A stretch of DNA of 49,084 nt from Octopus bimaculoides. Lineage: Eukaryota. The number at the start of each line of letters is the position of its first letter. The stretch's first letter is position 1. Below, in pieces: positions 46,520-49,084 of the stretch. The stretch spans positions 199,673,008-199,722,091 of the forward strand of contig NC_068981.1 in assembly GCF_001194135.2 (NCBI RefSeq). The letters are read 5' to 3'. The position numbers were made by a program, and so were the translations under genes. Under the pieces are notes generated by a model. The model saw only the letters and a list, made by a program, of their open reading frames with translations, did no database searches and was not told the DNA's origin.

Positions 46520-47830
46520 AAAATAGGTGGTAAATTCTGGAGGCTAATCACAGACATCGGCCAAGTCAATAAAACCGTCAACAAAGTCAATTAAAGGAAG
46601 AAATAATTATGTAAAAAAAAAACATCTAATTTTCAAATTTTATACTTCATCTCTATACTGATGTCTTAATCCCAGATCACAGATTTTCTTAAAAATAGAG
46701 TTACATGAACTTATTGTTACTTCTGGAAACTTTTCTACAAAACCTTTCTGAGTTCCTATTTCAAAATCTGTCAACAAAGATTTTGCATTAAGTCGCAGTT
46801 TGAGTTGCAACAAATATGTCAATAGACAAACATGTTACCTTTGTCTTACTTGGAAGAAGGGCAAAAACTCCAGGAATACTAAAGGTACCTTCTTGGATAC
46901 GGATACAATATAGTTGATAATATATTGATGGACTAATTTAAAAAGTACCATCTGCTGCCCAGTGAGGAAAATTTATCATATCTTTTAAAACATCTTCCAT
47001 CCAAATATTAGAATTCTGTTCTCATCATTAATGCCAGAATCAAATGCAAGGAACTTCTCTCCAGTTGCAAGAAAACAGTATGATTCCAGTATCTCAAAAT
47101 TATTCCTTTGCTTTGGAATTGGTTGTGCTTTTTGTCTCCATCAACATACATTTCTTCCCATTGATTATAAAGAGGGTATGTGGGTAACTGAAAACTAATC
47201 TTCATTAGCAATCGTAGCTCCAGTAAGACTTCTTGCTGGTTTGCATACTGAAATTGAAGTACTTTTTAACTCTGAGGATCCATGGTTATGTTCATTATAT
47301 TGTGTCATGACTGAGTCATTCACTGTATGTATTCTTGCTTTGCAAGATCGCTCTACACATCTCCAGTATGGTTTTGTTTTGTCTGTGCTTTTCTTATGAT
47401 AGTGGTAGCTGTAATTTTCCTCATCAACAAATATCTTTCCACCAGTGTTAGATTTTCTAAACTTAGCCATGGATTTCAAATAAAACTTTGAATTATAAAA
47501 TCCAGAATGTATTAGACGTTTACAGTTTGCACTGCTCGAGTTAATTAAAATTGCTAGCTTAAATTTCTTTTGCTTTAAAAAAGAATAATATACCTTTTGT
47601 GTTAGTGTACAATTATGGTAACTACCTATTTGATTAATGAGCTATAATGAGCAACTGTTGGAAAGTATACTCCTGAAAAAATAAGTGCATTAAAAAAAAG
47701 TAAACATGTAAAACTTTTTTTTTAATGATAAAAATTTACCAGAGGTACACATTTGTCCAGGGACACATTTGCCTAGCAACGCAAATGTCTGGTACACAGT
47801 TGTCCGTGAAGCAAATTTCCATCCAGCTCA
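46520..47830 (-). mobile_element. Degenerate Mutator/MULE transposon with N-terminal FLYWCH zinc finger
   Basis: 47479-47195 GGKIFVDEENYSYHYHKKSTDKTKPYWRCVERSCKARIHT...NEHNH; then GEKFLAFDSG..DENRILIFG, WAADGTF*, YQLYCI, PGVFALLPSK, LTDFE; subterminal ACACATTTG(T/C)C repeats at 47735-47800; 3' part missing. Confidence 0.88.
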
Positions 47831-48739
47831 GCTACCTTTGGTCTTTTTCTCCCCTCAAAACCCATTCACTACCAAACCATCACAACCATTGACCTATCAT
47901 TTCACCTAGCCAATGCCATATCTTGACTACTCAGCACACATCTCCTCTCATCAAAACACCTCTCAGACCCAATGGCACTTCAAGTAAATTTTGCCAGTTT
48001 TCAGAGATAGTTAAGAAAGTGGCAATTCGAACACATTCTACACAAAACAAAAAACAAAATGAAATTCCCCGAATAACTCACTTGTGTCTGCTCCGCAGCA
48101 GTACAAGCTAACACAATGGCGTACATTAACTGGGAATAAAAAAATATCACCCACCTCTACAAAAACAAAAAAGCTTTTATCCACCACCCCAAATTCTATA
48201 ACATTCTCATTCAAAACACTAAAGATGCCTTCATATAATAGACAGCTTGCACATTCTGCTTCACAAAATGCAACTAATCCTTGTCAAAAGAATCTCTACC
48301 AGCTTTGAATTATCTCTTCCCTACTCAGCCTGAAACCACAAGCAGGACTCCAGTGGAGAAAGCCTGCACATTGGCTGCCTGTTCTGCATCAGCAGACACA
48401 AGCGAAATGTCTCCAGAAACTCTTTCTCTTCACGGGGCTCATTGATGTGTACACACAGACCAAGTACTGAAGAAGCTTTGGCCAATTCAAAGCAATGATA
48501 TTACTGGCCCTCCCATTACCCTCAAACAATGTGTCCCAGAGCTCCCGACTTCGATTTGCAATTTCTCTCTCTCTCTAAGTATTTATTTCAATCTTTTGAA
48601 ATATGCTGGTGTGTCTCATTCTCCCACCCAGAATCATGGTTTCTTAATTCTGCAGAAATCCTTATAACATTTATAATAGCAGACAATAACTTTGTTGAGT
48701 ATTATCTGCTATTTATCTGATGATAAGTAGATTTTATAT

Positions 48740-49084
48740 TCATTGATACAGGCTTGGAAGGACTGGAAGAACGGTGGTAGCAGGGAATTGTACCAATCTG
48801 CCAGAAGGGAAGCTAGGCGACAGGTTTATTTAGCCAGAGGGGAAGCAGATAAGAAAAGATTTGCCAATGTTCTGCGCCGTGAGGACCAAAGACTCGAGGT
48901 ATTTCGTGTTGCAAGACAGTGTAGGAGAGAGAATAGTGATGTTGTAGGAGAGAAATGTGTTCGCATGGATGATGGTATGCTTGCACTAAATGAGGCTGCA
49001 AAGAAAGAGGTCTGGAGATGCCACTACGATAGATTGCTTAATAAAGAGAATGAATGGGAGAAAGAGAGCCTGCCGTAGGTCGAC
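48740..49084 (+). mobile_element. RTE LINE ORF2 fragment (endonuclease-RT linker), runs off the window
   Basis: AWKDWKNGGSRELYQSARREARRQVYLARGEA...EVFRVARQCRREN.DVVGEKCVRMDDG.LAL..AAKKEVWRCHYDRLLNKENEW. Confidence 0.8.

Noticed and set aside
47900-48400. Penelope RT C-terminal fragment
   Set aside because: Only faint similarity (ITHLYK..HHPK) with multiple stops; insufficient to call

Overview
Eukaryotic, AT-rich, repeat-dense genomic DNA, most likely an octopod cephalopod (inferred from the SINE/RTE/MITE repertoire; not verified by a search). Two protein-coding genes are supported. (1) DCTN5 (dynactin p25), + strand, six coding exons (7926-7973, 14333-14401, 17476-17594, 20956-21067, 25099-25201, 25959-26059; 552 nt, 183 aa), all with GT-AG introns and consistent phases. 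(2) An SLC52-family riboflavin transporter, - strand, two coding exons (38626-37388, 31855-31655; 479 aa), convergent with DCTN5. Most of the rest is decayed transposon sequence: many RTE LINE fragments, R4/Dong, Tx1/L1, CR1, CRE and Penelope fragments, mariner and MULE relics, hAT- and piggyBac-type MITEs, two tRNA-derived SINE families and microsatellites. Most ORFs in the six-frame track are TE fragments or noise. The most unusual unexplained element is a ~600-bp CpG-rich, dyad-symmetric promoter-like module in the SLC52 intron (35340-36000). It has outward-facing poly(A) signals on both strands and a 63-aa antisense smORF. Other notable structures are an 89-bp fold-back hairpin in DCTN5 intron 4 and a LINE-derived higher-order tandem repeat. 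None of these is a proven new system; all family assignments are by motif recognition without database searches.
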